From Gemmatimonadota bacterium (lineage in GTDB: Bacteria > Gemmatimonadota > Gemmatimonadetes > Gemmatimonadales > GWC2-71-9), in assembly GCA_031367105.1 (NCBI GenBank), contig JANLPG010000145.1, positions 48,679 to 112,678 of the forward strand: 64,000 bases of DNA, written 5' to 3'. The position numbers and the translations under genes were made by a program. Positions within the stretch are counted from its first letter, which is position 1; each line of letters starts with the position of its first letter. The notes below the pieces were generated by a model. The model was given only the letters and a program-made list of their open reading frames with translations, was not told the DNA's origin and did not search any database. Positions 30,300 through 38,757 of this stretch are shown here, in pieces.

Positions 30300-30947
30300 T
30301 CAGTGATCGCCGCCCAGCCGATCGAGTTCGGCGGCGACTTCGGTTCGAAGCCGGTCGAGCAAGACGCCCACATCGCGCTGCCGGCTGGTGCGCCGTGATT
30401 CTGCATCAAGAATGGCGTGCACGGCACGCACCGCCACATTCAGGTCGTCGTTGACGACGACGAAGTCGTACTCCACCGCGGCAGCCAACTCTTCGAGCGC
30501 CTGTTCCAGGCGACCGGCGACCGCGTCCTGCCCTTCCGTGCCACGTGCCCTGAGCCGCGCGGCGAGTGCCGATCCGCTCGGCGGGACGACGAAGATCAGG
30601 ACGGCGTCAGGAAACCGTTCCCGGACCAGCCTCGCCCCGACGACCTCGATGTCCAGCAGCACGTGCCGTCCACCCTGCACCATGCGCCGGAGCTCGCCGA
30701 CCAGCGTGCCGTACCGATGGCCGTTGTAGACCGCGTGCTCCAAAAACTCCCCGGCCTGTACCCGCCGCTCGAACTCCTCGTGACCGAGGAAATGATACTC
30801 CCGTTCGTGGACTTCGCCCGGACGGAGCGGACGGGTCGTCGCCGACACCGAGTAGCCGACATCGGTGCGTTCGGCGAGCACCCGCCGAGCGATGGTCGAC
30901 TTTCCGCCTCCAGACGGCGACGAAAGGACCACCACCAACGGCGTCAT
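30300..30947 (-). CDS. gmk: guanylate kinase
   Basis: 215 aa. P-loop SSPSGGGKST, SATTRPLRPGEVHEREYHF. ATGA overlap with yicC. Confidence 0.9.
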   Translation of the reverse strand: MTPLVVVLSSPSGGGKSTIARRVLAERTDVGYSVSATTRPLRPGEVHEREYHFLGHEEFERRVQAGEFLEHAVYNGHRYGTLVGELRRMVQGGRHVLLDIEVVGARLVRERFPDAVLIFVVPPSGSALAARLRARGTEGQDAVAGRLEQALEELAAAVEYDFVVVNDDLNVAVRAVHAILDAESRRTSRQRDVGVLLDRLRTEVAAELDRLGGDH

Positions 30948-31816
30948 TCGAGATTCTCCAATTGCTCGCGGAGCTTCTCAAGTTCCCCTTTCATCGCCAC
31001 GACTTCGTGCGCAATGGCCGGGTCGTTCGCTTTCGACCCCATGGTATTCACTTCCCGACCAAGCTCCTGCGCCAGGAAGCCGAGGGGTTTCCCAACCGGC
31101 TTGTCGCTTGCCAGCATCCCGCGCGCGGCGTCGAGGTGCGCCCGGAAGCGGACCAGCTCCTCGGTGATGTCGAGGCGGTCGGCTGTCAGCGCCAGCTCTT
31201 GCGCGACCCGCGTCTCATCGACCATCCGGCCCTCCAGCAGCGTGGCGAGCTGGGTCCGGAGCCGGTCCCGTTCGCGGAGGAGTCGTGCCGGGGCTAATGC
31301 CGCCACCCTTTCGGCTCCTCCTTCCAGCGCCGAGACCCGACCGGCAACTTCCGCCAACAACACCGCCCCTTCCCGGCGGCGAGCCTCGCGGCATTCGACC
31401 GCCGCTGCCCTGACCAGCGGCGCCAGGGCATCCCAGCCCACAGTGCCCGGCAGCTCATCACGACGGCCGCCAAACAGATCGGCGTGGCGGGCCGCCATCT
31501 CAAGCGTGACGTCACCAGCCAAACCGAAGCGGTCCCGGACCTCTCGCAGCACCGCGATCACGGCCTCGGCACGAGCCCAGTCGACTCCGACTCCACCCGG
31601 CACTTCGTCACCCCATCGCACGCTGATCGTCACGTGACCGCGCTCGAACTCCCGGCGCAGGGACTCGCGAAGCTCGGCCTCCAGCGCCCCCAACTCGGCC
31701 GGGAGACGCGCCGACAGATTGAACCAGCGGTGGTTGACAGTCCGGATCTCGACCCGGGCGCGCCGACCAGCAACATCTCCCTCTGCGACCCCGAATCCGG
31801 TCATACTCAACGCCAA
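30944..31816 (-). CDS. yicC: YicC-family stress-induced protein (endoribonuclease YicC-like)
   Basis: 290 aa, TTG start. (M)ALSMTGFG...IRTVNHRWFNLSARLP... N-terminus and C-terminal EIAVMKGELEKLREQ-type block (HEVVAMKGELEKLREQLENLE). Confidence 0.8.
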   Translation of the reverse strand: MALSMTGFGVAEGDVAGRRARVEIRTVNHRWFNLSARLPAELGALEAELRESLRREFERGHVTISVRWGDEVPGGVGVDWARAEAVIAVLREVRDRFGLAGDVTLEMAARHADLFGGRRDELPGTVGWDALAPLVRAAAVECREARRREGAVLLAEVAGRVSALEGGAERVAALAPARLLRERDRLRTQLATLLEGRMVDETRVAQELALTADRLDITEELVRFRAHLDAARGMLASDKPVGKPLGFLAQELGREVNTMGSKANDPAIAHEVVAMKGELEKLREQLENLE

Positions 31817-31897
31817 GCGACAGGCTCCCGTCCGAGGGTAGCACGGAAAGATAGCCGGATCTGGTCGGTCGAGGGACTCGCGAACCTGGCGACGGGG

Positions 31898-33727
31898 TCA
31901 GTTGGAGAATTCCCAACGAACCCCGAAGGTGCTCCCGAGCCCCAGATAGGGGTAACCGGGGACATACCCCGCCCTGGTTGAGCGAAAGTTGACGCGGTCG
32001 TAATAGGCGAAAAACGGTCCGATCTGGAACTGGACCAGCCCACGGACAAACGAGGCCCCCGGCAGGGGGATGGCGGCCCCGGTCGTGTCGCGGCCGATAA
32101 CTCCGGGACTCCAGCTTTCCACGACCCCCTGGACCTTCAGGCCGAAGATGCCGCTGCGAAAATTCCGGAGGAATCGGGACCGTATCGTCGCAGTCGTGTA
32201 GGCGTGCCGTGGGGGTTGGCCATCCGGGAGCGCCCCCTTAAGCGGCTGTTCAAAGTGACTTTCAAGGGTGAACCAGCTGAGGGGCACCAGTCGTCCGCGG
32301 AGTGTCAGCCACTCGGTCCGAGGGGTCCCTCCCAACGCCGCAATCAGCAGGAATTGGCGGTACCCCACCGGCGACCAACCGTCGTTGCGAGTGTACCCTG
32401 CCTCGATACCGAGCCGCCGCCAGGCGATGCCGGCACTGCCTTGAAAATCGGTGAATCGCTGTGCCTGCGCGGTGGCAAGGGCTGGGCTTTCGACGCGGTG
32501 ACCGTTGCGGACGACCCCGCTGAGCATCACACCGTAGGGGAGCCGCACACCCACGCGGCCCTCGAGCCAGCCACTGCTGCGATCGCCGGCGTGACGCTGG
32601 CTCACGGCTGCGATCGAGGCGCTGATCAGCGATCGGGGCGCCCAGCCGACCGAGAGCCGCGCATCCAGCGGCGTCCATTCGGTGTGATGCCACGCGCTCA
32701 ATTGTGCCGACCACGTCGGCCGACGCCACGCCGCCGTCCCGCCCAAGTGCCCCACATCCTGCCGGACGGAATCGCTACTCCATTTGGTTCGGGCCGCGAA
32801 GAGATCCACGCTCGGTCCGAGCGCGTCCTCGCGCTGGTGCCAGGAACCGCGCAGTTGAATCTCGGTCCGGGTTCCTTTCACGAATGGCGAAATGGTGTCG
32901 CCCGGTTGTTCGGGAGTTCCCTCCGCGAGCAACGCGCTCCGATCGACCGCCTGGACCAGCGCCTGAGCCTGGACCCCAAAGCGCGCCGACGGCACCCAGC
33001 CGAGCTGGGCCCAGATGTTCGTGGCGTTGGACGCCCCGGTGCCACCCTGCGGGGCGTTGACGCCGAAATAGTCACCGGCGAGGCCCAGACCCACACCGCT
33101 GGGATAGCGGCGCTCGAAAGCGCCCAGGTACCTCGATATCCCGCGGTCGCCGGCGGCGACACCGATCCGGGTGCGTGGCAGCTGCCGGTCGTGCCGACGC
33201 GTGAAAAGCGACACCCGAAGGAAGCCAGGTCCCTGCTCCACCTCCACGCGATCGAGCAGCGACAAGGCGAAGTAGGAAGGATCGACTGCGGCGGAGTCGG
33301 GCCCAATCGGCACGAAGGGAACCCCGTCGAGCAGGTACTCGACCGAGGCGGCGCCGCGGCCCTGATAGTTCGGCAGCTCCGCCCGTCCCAACCATCCGCC
33401 GCGCTGCACAAATACACCAGGGAGCTGGGCCAGCAGGTCGCTGAGCGTCTGCGCCGGTGCCCAATCGATCGAATCGCGCGTGAAGACCCGCCGGGAACCA
33501 CCGGGCAACAGCTCGCCGACGCCGGTGAGAGGCAGCGGCCGGAGTTGCACGCGCTCGACCTGCTTGTCCTGCATCAGGCGGTCAGATTCCGAAAGTTGCC
33601 CCTTCGCTGCCTTCAGCGAATCAGCGATCGTGTCCGTGGCGGATCGTACCGGATTCTGGCCGCGCGCATTCGGTGCCGCCAGCGCGAGGAGCGCAGCGAG
33701 GAGCAGCGAGGAGCGCAGCAGCCGCAC
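31898..33727 (-). CDS. outer-membrane TonB-dependent-receptor-like protein (plug domain + beta-barrel)
   Basis: Track ORF 31898..33859 trimmed to GTG 33727, giving the signal peptide VRLLRSSLLLAALLALAAPNARGQ. Plug-like block LSDLLAQLPGVFVQRGG...GRGAASVEYLLDGVP...LLDRVEVEQGPG. Long strand-rich C-terminal part. The terminal ...RWEFSN is not a classic TBDR Phe/Trp end. Confidence 0.6.
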   Translation of the reverse strand: MRLLRSSLLLAALLALAAPNARGQNPVRSATDTIADSLKAAKGQLSESDRLMQDKQVERVQLRPLPLTGVGELLPGGSRRVFTRDSIDWAPAQTLSDLLAQLPGVFVQRGGWLGRAELPNYQGRGAASVEYLLDGVPFVPIGPDSAAVDPSYFALSLLDRVEVEQGPGFLRVSLFTRRHDRQLPRTRIGVAAGDRGISRYLGAFERRYPSGVGLGLAGDYFGVNAPQGGTGASNATNIWAQLGWVPSARFGVQAQALVQAVDRSALLAEGTPEQPGDTISPFVKGTRTEIQLRGSWHQREDALGPSVDLFAARTKWSSDSVRQDVGHLGGTAAWRRPTWSAQLSAWHHTEWTPLDARLSVGWAPRSLISASIAAVSQRHAGDRSSGWLEGRVGVRLPYGVMLSGVVRNGHRVESPALATAQAQRFTDFQGSAGIAWRRLGIEAGYTRNDGWSPVGYRQFLLIAALGGTPRTEWLTLRGRLVPLSWFTLESHFEQPLKGALPDGQPPRHAYTTATIRSRFLRNFRSGIFGLKVQGVVESWSPGVIGRDTTGAAIPLPGASFVRGLVQFQIGPFFAYYDRVNFRSTRAGYVPGYPYLGLGSTFGVRWEFSN

Positions 33728-33738
33728 GTCGAGGGCGA

Positions 33739-35223
33739 TCAACGACGCGCGAACAGGAACTCGGTGAAGAGCCGCACCAGTACGCCAGTGGGTCCTCGCA
33801 CCTGGGTGGGCAGTTCTCGATCGGTGTATGCCGTTCCCGCGATGTCGAGATGAGCCCACGGGAAGCCGTCGACGAACTCCTTGAGGAAGAGCGCCGCGGT
33901 GATACTGCCCGCCGGACGACCCCCGGTGTTCTTGACGTCGGCGATGTCGGACTTGATGAGGTCCTTGTACTCGTCCCAGAGCGGCAGCTCCCAGGCGCGC
34001 TCTCCGGCCCGCTCCCCGGCGGCGAGGAGCGCCGCGACCAAGGCGGGGTCAGTGCCCATCACCCCGGACGCGGAATGACCGAGTCCGATGACAATCGCAC
34101 CGGTAAGTGTAGCACAGTCGACGACTGCAGCCGGCGAGTAGCGTCGGGCCCACGACAGTGCATCCGCGAGAATCAGCCGACCCTCGGCGTCGGTGTTCAA
34201 CACCTCGATGGTCTTTCCAAAATGGGAGCCGACCACGTCTCCCGGCTTGTATGCTGTCCCCGACGGCATATTCTCCGCGGATGGCACCAGGCCAACCACG
34301 TGAACCTTCGGCCTGAGCCGACCGAGCATCTCGAAGGTGCCGAGCACGGCGGCCGCACCAGACATGTCGTACTTCATCTCTTCCATTGATGCCGCAGGCT
34401 TGATCGAGATACCACCGGTATCGAAGGTGACTCCCTTCCCCACCAGGACGACCGGCGGTGCATCACTGCCCTTGTATTCGAGGATGATGAAGCGGGGCTC
34501 CTCTGCGCTGCCCTGCGCCACAGCCATCAACGCGTGCATCCCTTCCTGGATGATGTGCGCGCGATCCAGCACCGTGACGGCAAGGCCGTGCCGCTCACCG
34601 AGCGCCTGCGCCTGCGCCGCCAGCCAGGTCGGTGTGCAAGTGTTCCCCGGCGTAATCTGCAGTTCGCGGGTGAGCGTCTGTCCGGCAGCGACCGCAGCTC
34701 CGCGCGCGACCCCCGTCGCGAACGCGTCGTCGGCACGTTCGGTCAGCAGGTCGCATTGCGTAAAGCGCGGTTTCGGCGATTCGGGCGGGCGCTTGAGCTC
34801 GGGATAATGCCAGGCACCAAACGGAACGCCTTCGGCCAGCGACTGTCCGACAATGTCGCTCGTCAGCAACGCGGAGACCTCCGCGGCAAGTGCGACGACC
34901 GCGGCGGGGACGCCGACGGTGCGGGCCCGCTTCCCGCCGATCATCGCGCCGCGTCGGAGCGCGCTGGCCGACAGTTGCTCCGGCTCCCCAAGCCCAATCA
35001 GCAGCACCCGGGTGATGGAACTTTCCTGAGGATACAGCAGGGCGGTCTCGTCGCGGGCACCGGTGAAATCACCGGCCGACCAGCAACGCCCCAGAACGCC
35101 ACCGAGTTTGCGGTCCAGCGCCGCGAGGGAGGCTGGAAGTGATCCCTTGCAGACCGGGAGAATCAGGAGCGGCGTTTCGAGAGTGGCAAGGTCCGCCACG
35201 CGATGGGCAACTGCGAGCGCCAT
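33739..35223 (-). CDS. pepA: leucyl aminopeptidase (M17)
   Basis: Track ORF 33739..35574 trimmed to ATG 35223; the upstream 117 codons read through the tRNA-Leu gene. VGKGVTFDTGG, NTDAEGRLILADAL, ATLTGA. No SD-like element precedes the ATG. Confidence 0.85.
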   Translation of the reverse strand: MALAVAHRVADLATLETPLLILPVCKGSLPASLAALDRKLGGVLGRCWSAGDFTGARDETALLYPQESSITRVLLIGLGEPEQLSASALRRGAMIGGKRARTVGVPAAVVALAAEVSALLTSDIVGQSLAEGVPFGAWHYPELKRPPESPKPRFTQCDLLTERADDAFATGVARGAAVAAGQTLTRELQITPGNTCTPTWLAAQAQALGERHGLAVTVLDRAHIIQEGMHALMAVAQGSAEEPRFIILEYKGSDAPPVVLVGKGVTFDTGGISIKPAASMEEMKYDMSGAAAVLGTFEMLGRLRPKVHVVGLVPSAENMPSGTAYKPGDVVGSHFGKTIEVLNTDAEGRLILADALSWARRYSPAAVVDCATLTGAIVIGLGHSASGVMGTDPALVAALLAAGERAGERAWELPLWDEYKDLIKSDIADVKNTGGRPAGSITAALFLKEFVDGFPWAHLDIAGTAYTDRELPTQVRGPTGVLVRLFTEFLFARR

Positions 35224-35446
35224 AAAATGTCCGGGAGGTGAAGTGCCGAGCGACGAGGGCGACTGGATCTCTCCGGGCGCCGCGACTCCCGAAATATAGC
35301 TAGAGCCCTGCTGCGCCGGGGTTCTCCGCGACCACGCCGATGAGGTGAGGGGCTGCGCGGTGCGGCGTGAGGACGAGGCGAACGAGGGACGTTCGTGCAA
35401 CGCCCAGCCAAGCCGGGGTGAAAAGCCAATCAACAGTAACCGCGCA

Positions 35447-35529
35447 TGCCCAAGGTGGGAGTCGAACCCACATGCCCGTGAAGGCTGCGGATTTTGAGTC
35501 CGCTGCGTCTGCCATTCCGCCACTCGGGC
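35447..35529 (-). tRNA. tRNA-Leu (anticodon CAA), type II with long variable arm
   Basis: Hand-folded 83 nt: GCCCGAG-TG-GCGGAATGGCAGACGC-A-GCGGA-CTCAAAA-TCCGC-AGCCTTCACGGGCAT-GTGGG-TTCGACT-CCCAC-CTTGGGC-A. 7-bp acceptor stem with one G-U pair, GTTCGA T-loop, CAA in the anticodon position. CCA is not encoded. Confidence 0.85.
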
Positions 35530-35573
35530 TCGCGACGAAGGATCGCCGACCCTGCGCACGCGGGCAAGGCCCA

Positions 35574-36056
35574 TCAGGGGGGCAGTTGCCGCTGTTGCAG
35601 CTGCACCTCCTGCATCCGGAGCAGGAGTCGATCCCGCATCAACTGGAACTGACCTCGCTGCACCGGGGTGAGGATCGGACTCAGGTCGCGCATCTCGTCC
35701 CGGAAGCTCTGGGCGTAGGCAACGCGATTCGCCGTCAGATCATCCACGTAGCTGCCGACGCTGTCGCTGTTCGCGGCGACCCCCGGACGCAGCTGCAGGT
35801 TCAGCGCCTGCCGGAGCCGGCGTTCTTCTTCCTCCAGCGCACGACGCCGGCTCGCCCAGTTCGTGACCACCCGCTGCGTTCTCGCTGCGGTCTCATCGCT
35901 GAGGCCGAGCTCGAGTTGCATCCGACGAACGAATTGCTCCTCGATCCGGCCGCGGAGGAGTGCGGCCCGTGCCCCGGGCTTCTGCGCCATCGCCGAGGTG
36001 GTACCCAGCACGATCAGAACGAGAGCCAGCCCTGCGGCGTAGATCGATCGCATCAT
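35574..36056 (-). CDS. periplasmic Spy/CpxP-family-like protein (LTXXQ motif)
   Basis: 160 aa. Signal peptide MMRSIYAAGLALVLIVLGTTSAMAQ, helical and Arg/Gln/Glu-rich, LTPVQRGQF matches LTXXQ. ATGA-coupled to the anti-sigma gene. Confidence 0.55.
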   Translation of the reverse strand: MMRSIYAAGLALVLIVLGTTSAMAQKPGARAALLRGRIEEQFVRRMQLELGLSDETAARTQRVVTNWASRRRALEEEERRLRQALNLQLRPGVAANSDSVGSYVDDLTANRVAYAQSFRDEMRDLSPILTPVQRGQFQLMRDRLLLRMQEVQLQQRQLPP

Positions 36057-36574
36057 CCCTCCAGGTCTCGGAGCACCTGCTCCAGTTGAGCCTCCGACAG
36101 GTCGCCCAGCCGCGGCAGCCGCATCGGGGTGACCGTTTCTTCCACTACGGTCAGCTCCGACAGCACCTTCTCGAGTTGCGTTTCATTCAGCCCATCGAGC
36201 TCGGGCAGCACGGCGACTGCGGTCGCGGGGGTGCTGGGGCGCGCGGCTGGAACGCCGTTCGGCAGAACCTTGACCAACAACAGCACGCTTGCGGCGGCCG
36301 CCAGGATTCCCAGCGCCAGCCGAGCACCACGCCGCGGGGTGCGCTGCAGCGATGGTGTCGGGAGGGGTGCTGCAGCCCGTGACCTCAATCGCCGCGCGAT
36401 CGCCTCGATGTCGACGACCGTGTCACGAAAGAGGGCCGCGGCCGACTGCACCAGTCGCCACTCCTTCGCACACGATTCACAGCCAACGAGGTGGGTCCGC
36501 TCGGCCTCGGTCCAGCTGGCTCGCGCGTGGACGACATCGGGCATCCGAGCCTGGATCGCGTCGCACTCAATCAT
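36053..36574 (-). CDS. anti-sigma factor (zf-HC2 N-terminus, single TM)
   Basis: Track ORF 36053..36913 trimmed to ATG 36574 (ATGA overlap with the sigma stop). HLVGCESC is H-x3-C-x2-C. TM segment LALGILAAAASVLLLV. Confidence 0.65.
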   Translation of the reverse strand: MIECDAIQARMPDVVHARASWTEAERTHLVGCESCAKEWRLVQSAAALFRDTVVDIEAIARRLRSRAAAPLPTPSLQRTPRRGARLALGILAAAASVLLLVKVLPNGVPAARPSTPATAVAVLPELDGLNETQLEKVLSELTVVEETVTPMRLPRLGDLSEAQLEQVLRDLEG

Positions 36575-37116
36575 GACAACCACTCCTTCAACCGCTTGAC
36601 GGCGTGATGGTAATGCACTCGGGCCGCCCCCGGAGAACTCCCCAGCGCGGCAGCAATTTCGGTGTAATCGAGCCCCTGCTGCACTCGAAGCAGGAACACC
36701 TCGCGCTGCATTCGCGGCAGCCTGGTGAGCCCCTCCAGCAACTGCTGGCCGACCTCGTCGGCGACCAATTCCGCCTCCGGGTCGGTATGGTTGGCGAGGT
36801 CGTGGTCCTCGATCGCCAGAAAAATTCGACCCTTCCCCGCTCGGAATCGATCCTTGAGGAGGTTTCCGGCGATCCGGAAAAGCCAGCCCCGAAAACTCCC
36901 CTCGCCACGCCACCCCTCCATTCCCCGAAACGCCCGGAAGAAGGTGTCCTGAATCAGGTCGTCCAGATCCGCACTCGCGGCGCCGGCGGCAGCGAGGTAG
37001 CGGCCGAGTGCGGGGGCGTGTCGCCGAACCAGCTGATCCGCGGCACGCTCGTCTCCGCTGCGCCAGGCGGCAACGAGCTCCGGGTCGTTCGGGAAGTCCG
37101 CTGCCACGACAGTCAT
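36571..37116 (-). CDS. ECF (sigma-70 family, group IV) RNA polymerase sigma factor
   Basis: 181 aa. Region 2 DLIQDTFFRAFRGMEGWRGEGSFRGWLFRIAGN, region 4 REVFLLRVQQGLDYTEIAAALGSSPGAARVHYHHAVKRL. Confidence 0.85.
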   Translation of the reverse strand: MTVVAADFPNDPELVAAWRSGDERAADQLVRRHAPALGRYLAAAGAASADLDDLIQDTFFRAFRGMEGWRGEGSFRGWLFRIAGNLLKDRFRAGKGRIFLAIEDHDLANHTDPEAELVADEVGQQLLEGLTRLPRMQREVFLLRVQQGLDYTEIAAALGSSPGAARVHYHHAVKRLKEWLS

Positions 37117-37234
37117 CGCACCCTAGGACGAGAATGGACGGAAAGAGTTAAGCTGAACTTCGCCAAATCGGCAGCGAACCCAGTAGCACCGAGGTCGCAT
37201 CCTCCAGGATATCATTCGGCCGCACTGCGCTGGC

Positions 37235-37352
37235 TTAACAATGTTAACAAAGCGCACATCTTATTATAAACATTGTTGATACAGTGTGTCAGCTCAAGTG
37301 ATTTCAACACTATCCACAGTGATCCTCAATGACTCCACACAGTTTATCAACA
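37235..37352. promoter_or_regulatory. AT-rich divergent control region with palindromes and DnaA-box-like repeats
   Basis: The only markedly AT-rich stretch in the window. It lies between the ECF-sigma operon and the GDPD gene and runs into the first 8 GDPD codons. Motifs are listed in the corresponding finding. Confidence 0.3.
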
Positions 37353-38021
37353 CGACCATCCCCTCTGGTCATCGCGCACCGCGGCTACTCCTCCCGGGCA
37401 CTCGAGAACAGTATCAGCGCCTTCAGGCTCGCCGTAGAGGCAGGGTGTGACGGGATTGAGCTGGATATTCATCTGACCCGGGACGGCGAAATCGTCGTCC
37501 ACCACGATCCGCTCGTACACGGCGGCCACGCAATCGCCGAACTGAGCCTGGTCGAGCTTCGGGGGATATCCCTGCCCGACGGGAGCCTGATACCCACCTT
37601 GGCCGAAGTGACCGATGTCAGTGCTGAGGTGGAGTTGTTCATCGAAGCGAAGGCCCTTCCCCGGTACGGCGACGACCGGCTGATCGAGGTGTTCCAGCGG
37701 ACCGCGGCACCGGAGCGTCTCCACGTCCATTCCTTCGATCACCGAATCATCGCTCGGCTGGCGACTCGCCTGCCAGCGTCATCGTTGGGGGTGTTATCCA
37801 CATCCTACCCGATTGACCCGGTGCGGGCTGTTCTCGATGCCGGCGCCCGGCTGCTTTGGCAGGAGCACCAGCTCATCGATCTGGCGCTGGTGGACCGCTG
37901 TGCCGCCGCAGGAATCGCGGTGATCGCCTGGACCGTTAACTCGGCCAAGGATGCGGAGAACCTTCGTGGGCTGGGCGTTGCGGGGCTTTGCGGCAACTGG
38001 CCGGAACGATTGCGGCCGTAA
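37329..38021 (+). CDS. glycerophosphodiester phosphodiesterase (GDPD family)
   Basis: 230 aa. PLVIAHRGYS...ENSISAFRLAVEAGCDGIELDIHLTRDGEIVVHHD is the GDPD catalytic N-terminal signature. Confidence 0.85.
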   Translation: MTPHSLSTRPSPLVIAHRGYSSRALENSISAFRLAVEAGCDGIELDIHLTRDGEIVVHHDPLVHGGHAIAELSLVELRGISLPDGSLIPTLAEVTDVSAEVELFIEAKALPRYGDDRLIEVFQRTAAPERLHVHSFDHRIIARLATRLPASSLGVLSTSYPIDPVRAVLDAGARLLWQEHQLIDLALVDRCAAAGIAVIAWTVNSAKDAENLRGLGVAGLCGNWPERLRP

Positions 38022-38037
38022 CCGGCGGTCGCACAAA

Positions 38038-38057
38038 GGGCGCCCTCTCGGGCGCCC
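38038..38057. terminator. bidirectional stem-loop between convergent GDPD and rpmA
   Basis: GGGCGCCC-TCTC-GGGCGCCC: 8-bp perfect GC stem with 4-nt loop, centred in the 62-nt gap. Preceded by AAA on the plus strand; U tracts are weak. Confidence 0.5.
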
Positions 38058-38083
38058 GGGTACCACTGGCCAAACCGGCCGGA

Positions 38084-38353
38084 TCAGGCGGTCGCAGACT
38101 CGAGCGGATACACCGACACCTTCATCCGGTTCTTGTCCTTCCGTTCGAACTTCACGACGCCATCGATATACGTGTGGAGCGAGTCATCCTTGGCCTTGAA
38201 GACATTCTTGCCCGGGTGAAACTTGGTCCCGCGCTGCTTCACCAGAATGCTGCCCGATGTCACCCGCTCGCCCCCGAAGTGCTTGACGCCGAGAAACTGC
38301 GGATTCGAATTGCGACCGTTGCGGCTGGAGCCGACGCCCTTTTTATGAGCCAC
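38084..38353 (-). CDS. rpmA: 50S ribosomal protein L27
   Basis: 89 aa. [29 protein letters not shown]...[18 protein letters not shown]. Confidence 0.95.
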   Translation of the reverse strand: MAHKKGVGSSRNGRNSNPQFLGVKHFGGERVTSGSILVKQRGTKFHPGKNVFKAKDDSLHTYIDGVVKFERKDKNRMKVSVYPLESATA

Positions 38354-38361
38354 CTTTTACC

Positions 38362-38679
38362 TCAACCCAGCTGGACGTCAGTGATGCGGACTTCGGTGTA
38401 CTTCTGCCGATGCCCGGTCTTCCGCCGATAGTTCTTCCGGCGCTTGAACTTGAAGACGTAGATCTTGGCTTCCTTCCCGTGTCCAACCACCTCGACGGTG
38501 ACCTTGGCGCCAGCAACCGTGGGCACGCCGGCCGTGATGGTGTCGCCCGTCGAGGTCAGCAGCACCTCGTCGAAGGTGACCACGTCGCCAGCGGCCTTCT
38601 TCTCCATCAATGGCAGGCGGAGCGTCGCGCCCATCTCTGCGCGGAATTGCTTCCCCAATGCCTTGAAAATCGCGTACAT
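38362..38679 (-). CDS. rplU: 50S ribosomal protein L21
   Basis: Track ORF 38362..38709 trimmed to ATG 38679. MYAIFKALGKQFRAE...KIYVFKFKRRKNYRRKTGHRQKYTEVRI. Confidence 0.9.
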   Translation of the reverse strand: MYAIFKALGKQFRAEMGATLRLPLMEKKAAGDVVTFDEVLLTSTGDTITAGVPTVAGAKVTVEVVGHGKEAKIYVFKFKRRKNYRRKTGHRQKYTEVRITDVQLG

Positions 38680-38721
38680 AGCGCCCTTTTGGTCCGTGTA
38701 TTCCAACACGCCTAGCCATCA

Positions 38722-38750
38722 ATTATAGGCCATTCCAACCTGCCCCGCAA
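38722..38750 (-). promoter_or_regulatory. candidate sigma70 promoter of rplU-rpmA
   Basis: Minus strand: TTGCGG (38750..38745), 17-nt spacer, perfect TATAAT (38727..38722), about 40 nt upstream of the rplU ATG. A consensus -10 is conspicuous against this GC-rich background. Confidence 0.4.
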
Positions 38751-38757
38751 CCCCAAG

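Noticed and set aside
33686-33719. Tandem-like repeat GAGGAGCGCAGC-GAGGAGCAGC-GAGGAGCGCAGC. Similar GAGGAG runs occur at 58211..58230, and a GTC/ATC run at 17016..17040.
   Set aside because: These are codon-level low complexity inside CDSs (Leu/Ala-rich signal peptides; poly-Asp/Glu tail of the HU protein), not independent repeat elements.
35224-35573. tRNA-Leu as a possible integration hotspot or genomic-island border.
   Set aside because: There is no integrase, no direct repeat of the tRNA 3' end, and no compositional shift on either side. The flanking genes (pepA, Spy-like/ECF unit) look native.
33739-35574. ORF-track version of pepA with a 117-codon N-terminal extension.
   Set aside because: The extension reads straight through the tRNA-Leu gene (peptide ...RVAEWQTQRTQNPQPSRACGFDSHLGHA is translated tRNA). 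The M17 homology begins at MALAVAHRV (ATG 35223). Comparable Arg-rich extensions were trimmed from the nuoB/C, sdhA, trmL, HU, pgk, PTP, tsaC, ispD, anti-sigma, meaB, CorC, B12-subunit and CT ORFs.
37136-37162. Putative autoregulated ECF promoter (GAAGTT - 15 nt - CGTCC) upstream of the sigma gene.
   Set aside because: The -35 does not match the GGAAC/GAAC core expected for ECF promoters. There is too little evidence to call it.
37230-37355. AT-rich island interpreted as the chromosomal origin (oriC).
   Set aside because: It is only about 120 bp with two 8/9 DnaA-box matches. There is no dnaA/dnaN/gidA/parAB neighbourhood, and gene orientation does not switch around it. It is kept as a regulatory curiosity only.
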